NCBI GenBank assembly: GCA_016745075.1
Contig: JADGDD010000008.1
Coordinates: forward strand, 10,678 to 74,677
Direction of reading: 5' to 3'
DNA: 64,000 nt
Source of the DNA: Planctomycetota bacterium
Lineage (GTDB): Bacteria; Planctomycetota; UBA11346
Part shown: piece after piece, positions 62,199 to 64,000 of the stretch
How positions within the stretch are numbered: the first letter of the stretch is position 1
Layout of the letters: every line of letters begins with the position of its first letter
Program-made: the position numbers and the translations under genes
Notes under the pieces: model-generated
Seen by the model: the letters and a program-made list of their open reading frames with translations, nothing else
The model's database searches: none
Told to the model about the DNA's origin: nothing

Positions 62199-63703
62199 TG
62201 CCTTTCTTGCTTAACTGTACGTGGATATTGCCGACACTCATCGCTTTGAGCCTCATGTTTGTGCCTAAACAAAAGGTTGGTGTCATTCGTGGCATGAGCG
62301 TTGCCGGAGTGCTCGGCATTCTTGCCCTCGTTGTTAGCCTTATCATTGCTTTCCTTGCCGGTGATTATGCCAGCCCTGTGGGCAGTGCTGAAACCACCCT
62401 CGCTTTTTCTTATCGTACACCGTGGTTTGAAGCCATTGGCAACCAGTTCTATACTGGTGTTGATGGGTTCTCTTTGTTAATGATGCTCATGGCCTCTATT
62501 ATTGCCCTCTGTGGTGTGCTGGTCAGCTGGACTATTACCGATCGCTGCAAAGAATTCTTCATCCTGCTCTTTATTTTACTAGCCGGCACCTTTGGCTGCT
62601 TTATTAGCTTTGATTTACTGACCTTTTTCTTGTTTAACGAAATCACGCTTATTCCAACCTACTTGCTGATCGCTATTTTTGGCAGTGGCAAAAAAGAGTT
62701 CGCAGCAATGAAGTTAAACCTCATGCTGTTTGGCGGCTCTGCCCTTATCATCCTCGGCATGGCTGGCACCTACTCTGCCACTGGCAGCTTTGATATGATT
62801 GCCATTGCAAACAACCAATCAGAAACGCTTGGCTCCATAGCCATGTGGGCCTTCCCTGCTTTGTTTATGGGTTTTGGCATTTTAGGTAGTGTCTTCCCAT
62901 TTCATACGTGGTCTCCAGTTGGTCATGCTTCTGCACCAACCGCTATCTCTATGTTCCTTGCTGGTGTGCACATGAAGTTAGGCGGCTACGGCTGTCTTCG
63001 TGCTGCTATTTACCTGATGCCTGAAGGGGCTCAGGAATGGATGCCTCTATTTATGGTACTTGCCACTATCAGCGTTGTTTACGGTGCCTTTATTGCCATT
63101 CGTCAACGCGATCTGAAATACATCAATGCTTATGCTTCTATTTCACACGTTGGCCTTGTTACTTTTGGCTTTGCAACCCTGACCGCTGTTGGCCTAAAAG
63201 GCGGTGTTTTGCAAATGATTAGTCATGGTTTTGTAACCGCTGTTGTTTTTGCGCTGATCGGCTGCATCTATGGCCGCACTCATACCCGCAACATTGATGA
63301 AATGGGTGGCTTAATGAAGAAGATTCCATTCCTGAGCGTCTGTTTTGTTCTCGCTGGCTTTGCGGTGGTTGGCATGCCGGGCACCTCAAGTTTTGTTGCC
63401 GAATTAACCATTTTTATTGCAGGTTTTAGTGGCTCACTAGATGACACCCTGCGCCTTGTTTGTGGCGCACTATGTATTTCATCCATCGTCATCACTGCTG
63501 TCTATGTTTTGCGCACTGTTAACTCTGTCGTTCATGGTCCACTTGTTGATAACGGTCATGAATTTACCGACGCTCGTTTCATTGAAAAGGTTCCGCTTAT
63601 CATCTTGCTGACCTGCATATTTGCCATGGGGCTGTTTCCTGGTTGGATTATTGAACTTGCTGAACAATCACTCACTCCTGTTGTTACCAATCTGGGACGC
63701 TAA
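62198..63703 (+). CDS. nuoM: NADH-quinone oxidoreductase subunit M (antiporter-like)
   Basis: Antiporter-like TM core; ATG 62198 overlaps the nuoL stop (TAATG) with GGAGG upstream; listed ORF start 62093 rejected. Confidence 0.9.
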   Translation: MPFLLNCTWILPTLIALSLMFVPKQKVGVIRGMSVAGVLGILALVVSLIIAFLAGDYASPVGSAETTLAFSYRTPWFEAIGNQFYTGVDGFSLLMMLMASIIALCGVLVSWTITDRCKEFFILLFILLAGTFGCFISFDLLTFFLFNEITLIPTYLLIAIFGSGKKEFAAMKLNLMLFGGSALIILGMAGTYSATGSFDMIAIANNQSETLGSIAMWAFPALFMGFGILGSVFPFHTWSPVGHASAPTAISMFLAGVHMKLGGYGCLRAAIYLMPEGAQEWMPLFMVLATISVVYGAFIAIRQRDLKYINAYASISHVGLVTFGFATLTAVGLKGGVLQMISHGFVTAVVFALIGCIYGRTHTRNIDEMGGLMKKIPFLSVCFVLAGFAVVGMPGTSSFVAELTIFIAGFSGSLDDTLRLVCGALCISSIVITAVYVLRTVNSVVHGPLVDNGHEFTDARFIEKVPLIILLTCIFAMGLFPGWIIELAEQSLTPVVTNLGR

Positions 63704-63706
63704 CTT

Positions 63707-64000
63707 ATGACCCTGCCGACAGCACTTTGGACAGACATCGCTCTTGGAAGCCTTGCTTGTATTATCTTATTAAGCGAATCACTACTTGGCCCACGCCTTC
63801 GCAAGGCCATTGTTTTTCATGGTGCGTGGATTGGTTTAGTGCTGATTGGAATACTCACCGTCTGTACCGCTCCTGAATCTGAACAAGCAATTGGCAACTA
63901 CCTCATCCGCCCGTGGACGATTCCTTTTCGTTTATGTTTTTGTATTGCTGGCGCATTAAGCGTTTTACTCTCCCGCAATTTACTCAGCGGTACCGGCCAT
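63707..64000 (+). CDS. nuoN: NADH-quinone oxidoreductase subunit N, 5' part (continues beyond window)
   Basis: ATG 63707 after nuoM; hydrophobic N-terminus in the conserved operon position; open to the window edge. Confidence 0.75.
   Translation, partial: MTLPTALWTDIALGSLACIILLSESLLGPRLRKAIVFHGAWIGLVLIGILTVCTAPESEQAIGNYLIRPWTIPFRLCFCIAGALSVLLSRNLLSGTGH

Overview
This 64-kb window reads as bacterial chromosome from a probable anaerobic, LPS-bearing (Gram-negative-type) organism; phylum cannot be assigned from sequence alone. All calls rest on motif recognition in the supplied translations and manual reading of the DNA; no database search or structure prediction was run. I support about 50 CDS on both strands, two tRNAs (Phe-GAA, Ala-GGC) with a promoter and terminator, several intrinsic terminators, and a REP/RAYT element. 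Housekeeping content: hybrid sensor kinase, rubrerythrin, RecQ, an LPS/polysaccharide glycosylation cluster, Fur-family regulator, malate dehydrogenase, guaB-guaA, CdsA-like, ArfB, a long pyruvate:ferredoxin oxidoreductase (PFOR), and an 11-subunit nuo operon (nuoA, fused nuoBC, D, H-N) with no nuoEFG. Most interesting candidates for an undescribed system, in my order of priority: (1) an AraC-controlled operon coupling a PhyH-family Fe/2OG dioxygenase, an NHL beta-propeller and a glycyl radical enzyme, with no activase in the window; (2) a second AraC-PhyH operon translationally coupled to a URO-D-like protein, plus a third URO-D-like paralog beside an HMGL-type aldolase; (3) an NrtABCD-like ABC transporter with an unusually extended permease and a terminal tandem-GAF-like protein; (4) two paralogous ~1000-aa secreted beta-propeller proteins, one co-transcribed with a GntR/LacI-type regulator; (5) a REP-RAYT unit whose REP arrays carry duplicated 3' ends of neighbouring genes; (6) PFOR divergent from the NuoEFG-less complex I. 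Novelty is not established for any of these.
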